A stretch of DNA of 64,000 nucleotides, from assembly GCA_965219085.1 (NCBI GenBank), contig OZ244720.1, positions 3,072,001-3,136,000 on the forward strand, given 5' to 3'. This document shows, one piece after another, positions 33,801-40,660 of the stretch (position 1 is its first letter; every line of letters starts with the position of its first letter). A model generated the notes under the pieces. It ran no database searches. It was not told the DNA's origin and saw nothing but the letters and a program-made list of their open reading frames with translations. Made by a program: the position numbers and the translations under genes. Source of the DNA: Dehalococcoidia bacterium. Lineage in GTDB: Bacteria > Chloroflexota > Dehalococcoidia > UBA2979.

Positions 33801-33823
33801 AGGGACCGGCCGCGGCCAACTGA
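21875..33823 (+). CDS. Giant secreted multidomain protein: Fn3 repeats, PPC-like domains, S8 protease + P-domain, HExxH domain, spondin_N, cadherin repeats, PQQ/GSDH-type propeller, second propeller, duplicated C-terminal domain
   Basis: 3982-aa uninterrupted ORF; signal peptide (AGA-Q); S8 residues VIVD/HGT/SGN/GTSAAAP; HELAH; MIAPSHDWF..WDAGTE; LDYE/LDHE cadherin motifs; HNGCRLRFGP..GHRNPQG..EHG..DEIN. Confidence 0.92.
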   Translation: MRSMPRCAGLPLARGCALLAVLLSLVLESGGAGAQTSVAAPTIESITPADGSLSVAWTAPTGVTGITAYDLRHIRSDAPDKADANWTEIEDIWTAGSGDLTYTLSGLDNGVGYDVQLRTVTTTDGAWSGTSTGTPQIPGPVITSVVVGDEALTVVWTAPVVAATTAIGAYDVRYIESSAADKTDDQWTVVEDFWTSGSLYGVLAGLTNTTGYDVQVRVVAATDGAWSATATGTPAEHGGTTATATALTLGTPLGGTIDPGTDEDYFQLVLSSAATILIRTSGDLDTVGELQDSGGTELESNNDGRLPQSPKNFVIWRVASAGTYYVKVSSNDGATGAYVLHAIAIEDTTATSNAITVTPDSSTLALADHSKDTDYFKLTLAETTELVMRTSGPIHDTEIEILDNSAAQIAENDYGLLPPRTQHAAVRASLGAGTYFIKVRSQSAHNTGPYTLHVDALAEPGDATTDAVPLVLHHAEGGNIDPASDADYFRIDLSETTHVRLRAVSETVDIDGSLLDSGGQPIQANIYEETLLSGEAMAFTFRATLSAGTYYIKVNRSGGADTGPYAILLVDDANLERLLDQCSGLDTTVSDPLYGCQWNLKNTGQFGGTAGEDINVEPVWNGGNLGAGINVVIVDTYLDHRHEDLTTDQSRSHEYHTQSGSGYSTFLHGTEVAGIVAARDNSLGVRGVAPRATLIEHAGLGLSISIGPDPDKPDAMTRNMDVAAVSNNSWSGSLGPGPETAPDAWETALLTGVTEGYGAKGVFYVFSSGNEAQFGSNANLDEYINLRLVTVVCAVNDLGQRSAYSEEGANLWVCAPSDDPTRDRPGIFTTAGYSAYTDSFGGTSAAAPTVSGVAALVRAAHTSLTWRDVKLILAASARKNDASNSGWEQGALEYGSSSLRYDFNHEYGFGVVDAGAAVTLADGWTNLPPAIQATVEWDGASVVIPDLVDPNIPLGITWTMVVGPEVEFTEFVQVNLEFVEVSTGLDVPQFRELDVTLESPSGAVSVLAPAVTDGVTCSSEGSCGLEGGLRLGSARHLGENPEGAWKLRVFDRVTGSTPGTLKSWSLTVYGHRSSPAAPVIDSVTAGSESLTATWTAPSNTGASDITAYDVRSIRSDATDKSDSEWTVVDDAWTSGDFDYTISGLTGNVQYDVQVRAVNAEGDGLWSATETGTPTTDKAPTIDSLTPGDRAVTVEWTAPTNATLGTVTSYDLRYIRSDASDKADARWTVITSIWTAGSLDYTLNPTPSLVNGVSYDMQVRAVVGTDQHPWSGVRTATPRTTPGTPTIGTITGTDGSLTVEWSAPASDGGANITAYDVRHIRSDATDKSDDQWTVVDDAWTPASSTPEYTVSGLTTDVQYDVQVRAVNAAGDGLWSATGTGTPRTPPGAPEAVQVYVYVTGKLEVRWSAAASPSITGFKVQWRSGTEEWDESRSDEVDPATAHVEWWPKPDSRRYRHTLDGLTNGAEYEVRVIASNTGVDGEASAVATGTPRSDSTHAQAATFIENELVSVYEDANPWLRVAFDWIDAASTDGDPYGTSSGIEFELGSATWGLVVHSCFNSAGAKLHDSLWDRWARHCQITRMYIEWDFVHVIPLITHELAHVMTLTNRLDGSPEAPLAIAQLYFARADIGCEGWLPARELLADMLMVSVFGDAGLRVAGYIRGSYCSTDEDQVEEALGVVRTALAGEMPAWLAETYQDGEGNLDLEQLWSHIKAEGDPSPVMRDLMRGAFGGLCRSDALWNNAIRIPWRDGGCVPQAPPGLDAVATVDGVMTVSWQSPDNDGGSRISGYKVQWKSGAQDYDTSREASVTDLADLSHTIEGLSHGVDYTIRILAYNINGDGPASEVTRTAVGLEAALGTLTLAGTTLYPAFSSTTSSYAAVTGHAATQITIAATAADADATVAFLDVDGNALTDAGAADEFQVNLSVGANVIQVRVTAQDGVASTYTVTVTRADENTSLSPPASDPVAAFPSSARYTITFRGDWTTDVTPEGRPGGAHFSPLIGGVHNAGVTFLVSGEAASAGIESMAEVGQTAQLRSEVNTAIDASPATALAVISPSGNISPTGLKTVSNVELTTEFPRVTLTTMIAPSHDWFVGVSGLPLLDAQGDWLTWLRVFLYPWDAGTEEGDDFSLSPSVDTSPRGVIHSIRGTGKFTTRRIASLTFTLQSISPSFPDTETGARTIPENTASGQDIGEPLVATDPDSGDSLSYSLGGPDAGSFAIVASTGQLRTRAALDYETASSYSVAVTATDTSGLSDTIDVTITVTNVEEAGVVSLWPVQPRVGTVLRASLSDPDGGVRSVFWRWQRSSDQASWASVSGSGARYTPKSADEGMYIRARATYADGEGTGKSAEAESGQTVGAREGAPGITVVTLVSGLSIPWDLAFAPDGTMLLTERGGALKARLTGGTVQTVTADFSDLFVSGEAGLMAILVDPGFASNRRFYTCQAHTGRVVQVIAWTMNSDYTAATRVADPLVGGIPAASIHNGCRLRFGPHGFLWIATGDAASGTVPQDLSSLGGKVLRVDASTGVGAPGNPFAASARVYTHGHRNPQGLARRPGTNQMWSVEHGPTVDDEINLLTSGGNYGWDPVPGYDQSVPMTDRVKFPDAVEARWSSGDPTLATSGGIFLHGPDWEEWSGRLAVATLKTRSLRIFEFTAAGRFVSQVVVPELDGTYGRLRTPMLGRGGALYLTTSNGGGADRILKVVPSRPPAFAATTDTQEVAENNSTSAVVATVTATDPDGEQLTYTLGGRDADAFTVANPAAGGLRANVQFDHETRSSYEVVVTATDPYGLSDSVTLTVTVTNVDEPADISFVATGGVTVNNNALTVAENHDGTLATFSANDPENDQTLTYEWSVGGTDRLDFALTAAGVLSFVNVPDHERPADSGGNNVYGITVSARDSDGKTGSLALTVTVDPVNEPPAISGDARPGVEEGGTLLVGTYRASDPESATIAWQPLAGSDSEQFNFTSPNGRLEFKAAPDYEDATDFGPNNVYDVTLSVSAGAHTTTLAVAVSVTNREEPGMLALPATRPQAEADYTATLGDPDGVRSTAWTWERSTSRGGPWTAVTGAADSTTTSVYTPVAGDIGYYLRATAAYTDGHGPNKSLVAVSTNSVLAAPVVNNPPTFTEANPTRSIAENARADAPVGERVTASDPDPGNTVGYELEPASDLFTIDGASGQIRVKEAASLDHETAPSHTVTVKASDSSNAFDTVEVTITVTDVNEPPDAVADAPGSFDEDTEITIDVLANDSDPEQDPSELLLTVVTPPLNGRASVNEPASAGDRRTITYEPNADYHGADTFTYRARDTGSPSLSNIATVSVEVDPVNDAPAFASQAATRSVPESAEAGDHVGAPVTATDVDENDTLAYSLSGPDVFSFVIDADGQITVGTGVTFDAAATPEYAVTVEARDRAGAPASIDVTITVTAGPVVSGGGFVGGGGGGPTGPTPSEVEFEWNVKRDIEALDSSHDSPTGSWSNGSILWLLENGSGADDAIYAYDLETGGRVEDFEFDLDATNRAPRGVWSHTSVVWVSDSGQNRLFAYDLESGERLPERDIALAERNRAARGIWSNGERMYVLDGGKDSLFAYDLESGELLAEFALDDANGDPHGIWSDSVTVWVSDHGAKRLFAYRLPVLPDDDEASDGEDKELERVRDEEFGGSRELTKASNNSPRGIWSGGDVMYVADESDDKVYSYNMPDAIDARLASLTLSGVDIGEFLPRRTDYEGDIAEGVTETTVDAVAVQRRVDVAIDPPDADEEADGYQVALQDLGEITITASSADGSRKKVYRVSFPEAAWDPARDPWPHCLRGAVAEGFSLVVFEGGSIEDLDACAEGREIVTLYALHEGVYRSFILGGPDFVNREFAELFADGLPVMTPLVAGSNGPPSADPFGDGLDAAGPQPWPECLRGDVVEGFSLAVYEGGSVEELEACAESQQVTALYALHGGEWVSYILGAPEFANAGFRELFPDGLPVLMPLVARSEGPAAAN

Positions 33824-33864
33824 CCGTTGCACAGGGATGGCAGCGGAGTCGGTCGCGGACTCGG

Positions 33865-34140
33865 CGGCCAGACGCAGCCCGTGCAGGTCGTATTCATGGC
33901 CTACCGGAACACCCTCCAGGCCAGCGCCCTCAAGCTGGTGGCGAAGAAGCTGCAAAGCTCCCTCGCCGTCGAGGGCGAGCTCCCCGAGGACGGTCTCGCC
34001 GCCTACGGGGACGACGGCGATGACCTGATGCTGGCGCTCGCCAGGAAGATCGACGCCGGGGAAGGGGGCGAGGAGTCCGTGGAGGATGTGGGACAGCTCG
34101 CCAACTCGCTCACCGTCACCGTCACCGGGCCGGGCCAGTA
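33865..34140 (+). pseudogene. C-terminal fragment of an SNF2-like helicase
   Basis: GQTQPVQVVFMAYRNTLQASALKLVAKK..VEGELP, the region following helicase motif VI. Confidence 0.7.
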
Positions 34141-34336
34141 GGGGGCGACAAGACGGGAAACTCTTCCGGCTGTGCACTGGGGGAGGTTGCGGGAGGCCCC
34201 ACGACGTGCGGAACGCCGGCCCGCTCTCGTCGTTCCGCACGTCGCGCTGGCGCATGCAGGAAGCTGTCGCGCGGCGCGATCTCAGCCGTCCGGTACCCGT
34301 GAGCCGCCCTTGCGCCAGACCCGGCCCCGGACGCCA

Positions 34337-34514
34337 CGGCCTCGGACTCGAATGCCATTGTCTTGCCGGCACCCGGTTCAGCGATCAGCACGTACGCTGC
34401 GGTGTTTGCATAGTCGCTCAGCGGCGCCGAGCGCTCGTTCACGCCGCGCGTCGCCTCGCCTTCGTTGACTACCGTGCATGTCCTCGGGGCCACGTAGGGC
34501 GCTGCTGTGTTCAT
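34337..34514 (-). pseudogene. N-terminal fragment of a P-loop (NACHT/STAND-like) NTPase
   Basis: AYVLIAEPGAGKT Walker A, then similarity is lost. Confidence 0.55.
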
Positions 34515-34585
34515 CGCGCTGCCCGAATCGCTGGACCCCGAGTTCCGAACCGCGCAGTGCCTCTTGGCAGCCTGCAGGGCTTCTA

Positions 34586-35640
34586 GGGATGGTCTGAACA
34601 ACTCGCCTGAGCGGGTGAACGGATGCGATCATGGGGCGACCCGGAGAGGGGCGACCCATGCAGCAGCGTTCGTTCGGCAGCGTCGAGTACGAGCACAAGA
34701 AGGTCAAGACGAGGCGGCAGGCGTTCCTCGAGCGCATGGACAGGCTCGTCCCCTGGGACGAGCTGGAGCAGCGCATCGCGCCCGTCTACCCGAAGCCGGG
34801 CCGCGGGCGCCGCCCCTACCCGCTGCGCGTGATGCTGCGCATCCACTGCCTGCAGCTCTGGTTCAACCTCAGCGACCCCGGCATGGAGCAGGAACTCTAC
34901 GACTCCCGTTCGATGCTCGAGTTCGCCGGTCTCAGCCTCTCCGAGCCGATTCCCGATGAGACGACGATCCTCAACTTCCGCCACCTGCTGGAGCGTCATC
35001 AGTTGGGAACGGCGCTGTTCGCGACGATCAACGCGCACCTCGCAGCGCGCGGTCTGCAGGTGCGCGAGGGCACGATCGTGGACTCCACGATCATCAGCGC
35101 GCCGTCGTCGACGAAGAACCGCGAGCGTGCGCGCGACCCCGAGATGCATCAGACCAGCAAGGGCCGGCAGTGGTACTTCGGGATGAAGCTGCACACCGGC
35201 ACGGATGCGCGGACGGGGCTGGTCCACAGCGTGAGCACGACGGCGGCGAACGTCTCCGACGTGACCGAGGCGCATCGCCTGTTGCACGGCGGCGAGACGG
35301 AGGCGTGGGGCGATGCCGGCTACCAGGGAGTGGAGAAGCGCCCGGAGCACGCGGGGTCGGAGGTGAGCTGGCAGGTGGCGATGCGCCCGGGTCTCAGGCG
35401 GCAGCTGGCGCCGGGGGGCGAGGAGGCGCAGGCGGAGCGGCGCAAGGCCTCGGTGCGCGCGAAGGCTGAGCATCCGTTTCTCTACGTGAAGCGGCACTTC
35501 GGGTACGCGCAGGTGCGCTACCGCGGTCTTGAGAAGAACCGCCAGCGTCTCATGCTGCTGCTCGGCTTCACGAACCTGTTGCGCGCTGAGCCTCAGCTCG
35601 CGTGATCGCGGGAGCGCTGCGTCCCGAATCGCCCGCCGGA
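34586..35640 (+). mobile_element. IS5 family element, copy A2, right TIR missing
   Basis: CTAG-GGATGGTCTGAACA left end; diverges from A1 about 30 bp after the stop codon. Confidence 0.88.
34658..35605 (+). CDS. IS5 family transposase
   Basis: Nearly identical protein to 14152-15099. Confidence 0.96.
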   Translation: MQQRSFGSVEYEHKKVKTRRQAFLERMDRLVPWDELEQRIAPVYPKPGRGRRPYPLRVMLRIHCLQLWFNLSDPGMEQELYDSRSMLEFAGLSLSEPIPDETTILNFRHLLERHQLGTALFATINAHLAARGLQVREGTIVDSTIISAPSSTKNRERARDPEMHQTSKGRQWYFGMKLHTGTDARTGLVHSVSTTAANVSDVTEAHRLLHGGETEAWGDAGYQGVEKRPEHAGSEVSWQVAMRPGLRRQLAPGGEEAQAERRKASVRAKAEHPFLYVKRHFGYAQVRYRGLEKNRQRLMLLLGFTNLLRAEPQLA

Positions 35641-35659
35641 GCGCTTCCGGAGCGACATG

Positions 35660-35810
35660 GAGGCGAGACCACCCATGGACCGCGCTCCATACTGGCTTTG
35701 GCTCCAGTCGCGAGTTCGGCTAGGAGCGGCATTGCGTCAGCTATGGCTCGGGAGAAGCCCGCACCCAGGATAAACAGTTCTTCTCGTAGCGTGTCTCGCG
35801 GGTGCACCAT
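35660..35810 (-). pseudogene. N-terminal fragment of a SIR2-like protein
   Basis: LFILGAGFSRAI..MPL motif; truncated against IS5. Confidence 0.6.
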
Positions 35811-36227
35811 AGGTGATCCACCCCCTCCGAGTGGCAGCGACGGACTGGCGGCAACTACTCTCCCCTGGGAGCGGCGGACAGTCTGTGTCCTGATCCAGAG
35901 TAGTTCGGAATGTTGCCGATCGTGCTAGCGATGTCAAGGACGGAAGGCACAGGCGGTGGCAGGGCCTGCAGGCCTAGAACCGACCCGTGAACCGTGGGTA
36001 GCCGACCCACGCCGATTCGGCGGTGCGTGCGCTCCTGCATGCGACGCGGGATACTCCGGCGGGGCTGCGGGAGTCGCTTGAGAGCCGATTGTCGGAGCGA
36101 CGGTGCGACCGGCCTCAGAACGAGAGCGACGCGAAGGACGGGGCGCATCCCCGTTCGCACGAGCGGCGTCGGCATCCCCGGGTGTTCGTGCCGTAGTGAG
36201 ATTGGAACGCCGGTAGGCTCGCCGCCG

Positions 36228-37489
36228 TCATGCTTCAGCGTCGGGCGGGAATCCAGGAACGTCCCCTCGAGGGTCATCGGCTTCATCCGGGGTGAGTTCG
36301 GCGAGCCTGTCGAAGTCCTGCTCCGCCTCGTCGGCCTTCCCCAGCCACTGCCGGCCCACCCCTCTCGCGAAGAGGGCGCCATGGTCGTCGGGGTTGATCT
36401 CCAGGATGGCGCTGAAGTCCTCGTTGGCGCCGAGACGCATGCGGGCGACTCCCCTGGCGACGCGCACCCTGGAGTCGTCGGGGTCGGTCGCGATGACCTT
36501 GCTGAAGTCCTCGATGGCCCGGTCGTACTGACCGAGGTTGTCATGGGCAACCCCCCTGGCGGCGAGGGTCTCCAGATTCTCGGGGTCGAGGCGCAGTGAC
36601 CGGTCGAAGTCCTCGATCGCCTCGGCCGGTCTCTCCAGGTTGCCGCGGGCGACGCCCCGGCTGTGGAGGGCGCCGGCGTTGTCCGGGTCGAGCTCCAGGG
36701 CGGCATCAAGGTCCCGGAGCGCGCTCTCGTACTCGCCGAGATTGAGCTTCGTGACTGCCCTCGCGCAGCGCGAGAGGTTGCTGAGCGGCTCCAGCTCGAT
36801 GGCGCTGCGAAGTCCTTGATCGCCCGCTTGAAGTCGCCCAGATCGCGGTAGGCGAGGCCCCGGTGGTGGTAGGCGGCCGCGAGACCGGGGGCGATCTCGA
36901 TCGCCCCGCTCAGATCCTCCACCGCCCGGGCCGGCTCGCCCAGTTCGGCGTAGGTGTTTCCGCGGTTGTAGTAGGGGTTGGGATCGGCAGGGTCGGGGCC
37001 GATCGCCGTGTCGAAGTCTTTGAGCGCGGCGGCCATGTCGCCTAGCTGGGCGAGGGAGGCGCCGCGGCTGTAGTGCGCGACGGCATCACCCGGATCGAGC
37101 AGGATGGCAATGTCGTAGTCTCCCACCGCCGCGCGGTGCTCCCCCAGCTCGGCACTGGCATGTCCGCGGTAGTGGTGGGCCTCGGCGTCACCGGGCGACA
37201 GCTGCAGGGCCTTGCCGAAGTCCTCCTTCGCGCGACGGTCGTCGCCCAGTTGCTGATGCAGCAGCCCCCTCGCGGACAGCGCGGTAGCGTCGTCGGGATT
37301 GGCCGAGTCTGGGTTGAGGCGCTCCAGCAGCTGCCGCAGCTTCTGCTGACTGAAGTCGTCCAGCACCCCATGGTGTCTGCCTTGGTCGTCCGGTCGCTCC
37401 TGCCCATCCTTCCGGTCGTGCTCTCCACGCCTCGCTGTGCTCCTCTGTCCTTCTCTCGGCGTCCCGCCGTCGGGCCGGTCTGTCCCCAT
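36228..37489 (-). pseudogene. Tetratricopeptide repeat protein, frameshifted
   Basis: Repeated A..RG......G....A..D...A....P units continuing over frameshifts near 36805 and 36420. Confidence 0.85.
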
Positions 37490-37592
37490 AGCGCCGCGCC
37501 CCCAAAATAGCACACCCGTTCTCACCGTTGCAGAGTGCGCGCAGCTGCTCTGCCGCGCGGTTGAGAGAAGCGCACACGGGTACCGACTAGCT

Positions 37593-39150
37593 GAGGCTGT
37601 CGCACGGAGTGGCGTGGGTGGAGTGCCAAGAGGGCAGCCGGTCGGCAGTGGGCGCGGAGCGGTCGTGTCTGGCGGGGCAGGCGCGCTACGCGGCAGCGGC
37701 GGCGGTAGCCCGGTCTCCTCGTCGGGGGTTGCTGTTCGCTGGCCGGGGTGACGGGCGCGCCCGACGATAGAGCTTCTTGAGGTTGTGGGTGGCGGCGATC
37801 AGCTTCCATTCGCTGGCGCACGCGACGATCCCGCGCCGCATGAAGCGGCGGATGCCGCGGTTCTCCTTGATGTCGCCGAAGACGGGTTCGATCATCCAGC
37901 GCCGCTGCTCGTAGAGACGCCGGCCACGCTGCGTCGCCAGCTTGCGATCCATCCGTTCACGTACGGAGAGCCCGGCAGGGATGCGCCCGCGCGGCGGCGC
38001 TGCGCGGGCGCGCCGGTTGCGGTCGCTGCGGGTCGCGAGCAGCAACTCCGGACCCCTGCCTTCGGCCTGCCGCACGTTCGCCTCGGAGTAGTAGCCGGCG
38101 TCGGCCAGCAGCACGCGCGGCGGCCCGCAGTGTGCGGCCTGCAGGTGGGGTTCGTTGCCTCGATCATCGGCTGTAGTTCGTGCATGTCCGTCGCCGCACG
38201 TGTCACCTCGGCCACGACGATGATCTGGTCGCTACTCGTCACCGCCTGCACGTTGTAGCCCTGGAAGTAGCCGTGATAGTCGCGCACCACGCGGCTGTCC
38301 GGGTCAGTGACGTTCACCTTCGCACCCGGGCCGGGCTGCGGCGGCTGCGGGCGGCGCCCGCGCCGGTCCTTCTGCGCGCGGCTCCTGAGGCGTTCCTCGT
38401 AGTCCTCCTGGCGCTCCCGCTCACGGGCCGCCAGCCGCTCCCGCGCCTCGCGCAGCCGCTGCAGGCGCTCCCCGCGGTCCCTGAACCCCGCAGGCAACTC
38501 GTCGCCCCGCGCGTCGCCGCGCGCGTGCTCCTCGGCGTCCACCCGCTCCGCCTCGGCGAGGATGCGCCGCACCTCGGCCTCAAGCTCCGCATCCGTGCGG
38601 TTGCGCTCACGGCTGGCGTTCGCGCGGAGTTTGGTGCCGTCGAGCGCGACCACGCCGACCCGCAACAGACCCGCCTCGGCGCACAGCCTGAGCACCCCGG
38701 CGAACAGTCCCGCCAGCGCTTGCTCGTGCTGCTGGCGGAAGCGGCAGATCGTGGCGTGGTCGGGCTGCTGGTTCGCGGTCAGCACGCGGAAGGCGATGTC
38801 CTCGCGGCAGCGCCGTTCGATCTGGCGGCTCGAGCGCTCGCCCTCGCAGTAGGCATAGAGCAGGAGCGCGACCATCATTGAGGGCTCGTACGCCTTCCGC
38901 CCCCAACCGTCCTCGCGGTAGCGCGCGTAGAACGCCGTGAGATCGAGCTGGCTGACCGCATCGAGCACGAACCACGCGAGGTGGTCCTCGGGCAGCCAGT
39001 CGCGGAGGCTGGCGGGCATCAGGTATTGCTGGTCACGCTCGCACGGCAGGAAGCGCTGGGTCACGGCGGCACCCCGGAATCACTCCGCCCCCGCCGCCCC
39101 GCTCATCCTACTGTGATGCCACCTCGCTCGGGGGTTTGTGCGACAGCCTC
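37593..39150 (-). mobile_element. IS1182 family element; transposase 37686-39064 frameshifted near 38130
   Basis: TIR GAGGCTGTCGCAC/GTGCGACAGCCTC; PDHATICRFR, LDGTKLRANAS, ADAGY, IEPVFGDIK. Confidence 0.9.
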
Positions 39151-39286
39151 TAGAGGGCCGCACCCTCACGTAAGGGGGATCCCCGCCTCGGTGCTTCGAC
39201 TCCAGTGAGGGAACCCACCTCAGCGAAGCGACGGCAAGCTCGCAGCCCACGAGTAGCGCAGCGTTTCGTGCTGATTGGAAAACCCA

Positions 39287-40100
39287 GAACTCCGTCTCGT
39301 ACCAGCAAATCGTCGGGAACTCGATGAGGTCGAGGCCGGTCTGCACCAGCCGCGGGTGGCAGACCAGCACGTCGACGCCCTCCTCGACCCGCTGCGCCAC
39401 CCATGCCTCGCGGCGCTCGGGAGGGACCGCGTCCGCCTTCATCACCGCGACCCTGAAGCCGTGGCGGCCGAGGAACTCCTCCATGCGCCCGGTGATGTCG
39501 CGCGTGCCCGTGTGGGTCGCGTAGACGAGCACCCGGCGGCCCGCCAGCCGCTCGGCGGCGACGAGGTCGACGAGCGCCTGCTCCTTCGGGTAGAGCTTTC
39601 CCTCCGGCAAGGGCGGGACCTGCACGAGCAGCTCCTCGCTCTCCGGGTCGAAGACCGTCTCGCCGCGCGTGCAGCCGTCCGGGTAGGCCAGGAGCGTCTG
39701 CAGGTAGGTCGCGGGCAGCCTCCGCGAGCCCTTCGAGAGCGCGTCCGCGAGCGCCGCCCGCAGCGTCTCGAAGAGCGTGTCGTAGCCGCTGCGCTGCGAG
39801 AGCTCCGTCGCGCCCGCCTCCGTGTCCATCGACGAGAGCAGCACGCGCTCCTCGTACGGCGGCAGCCCCGACGCGACGTCCGAGAGCCGCAGGAACACCG
39901 AGTTGCCGATCAGGTGGAAGAGCGCGGCGGGGGCGAGCCCCGGCCGCTCCCTGATCACCTTCCGGTACTTGCGGCGGCGGCTGGTGCGCCCGTCCTTCTC
40001 GGCGATGTCGTCGTCGCGGCCGATCGTGTGCTCGACGAAGCCGTAGCGCTCGATCCAGCGGCCCTCCTCGGAGCGCCCGAACTCCGTGCGGATCTCCGGG
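39287..40100 (-). pseudogene. Internal fragment of an SNF2-like helicase (HelicC)
   Basis: LYPKEQALVDLV..RRVLVYATHT..LVQTGLDLIEFPTICWYETEF; truncated at both ends. Confidence 0.75.
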
Positions 40101-40205
40101 ACTCCAGTGCCTGCGCTCGTGTCGACGGCGGACGCCGCTCGCCTGGGCGCATCGGCGAGTCACCCCGGCGCGCGGGCCGAACAGCGAGGGCTCTCGGGCT
40201 CTAGC

Positions 40206-40660
40206 TGTAGTTCCCACGTAGGTTGTTGCAGGTGAGGGGCCCCGCCTGCTGCTGTGTGTGTAGCAAGCACCAGTAGCAGGGGAGGAGCCTCTCGTGGCAC
40301 ATCGTAACGCGCGTCTGACGCCGGTCACCCGGCTGGAGTTGGTTCGCGAGGTGGAGGCCGGCTGGTCCCAGGCGGAGGTCGCGCGGCGCTTCCGGGTCTC
40401 CCCTCCCGACCGTCGGGAAGTGGGTACGGCGCTTCCGCGAGGCGGGAGCGGACGGGCTCGACGATCGCAACTCGGCGCCGCAGCGTCACCCCCGGCGCAC
40501 CGCACCCGAGCTGGAGCGGCGCATCTGCGCCGTGCGCCGCAGCCAGGGGTTCGGGCCGCACCGCATCGCCTGGGCGCTCGGGCTCGCCCGCTCTACCGTC
40601 TACGCCGTGCTCAAGCGCTTCGGCCTCAATCGCCTCGACCAGCTGCATCGCGTGAGCAGG
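40206..40660 (+). mobile_element. Truncated IS481 family element (left end + N-terminal transposase)
   Basis: TCTAGC then TGTAGTTCCC end; MAHRNARLTP..W..RFR..GLDDR..GPHRIA..STVYAVL. Confidence 0.88.

Noticed and set aside
28787-34372. Long antisense ORFs (986 aa, 859 aa) and similar shadows elsewhere
   Set aside because: Reverse-frame shadows of high-GC coding sequence with no motifs
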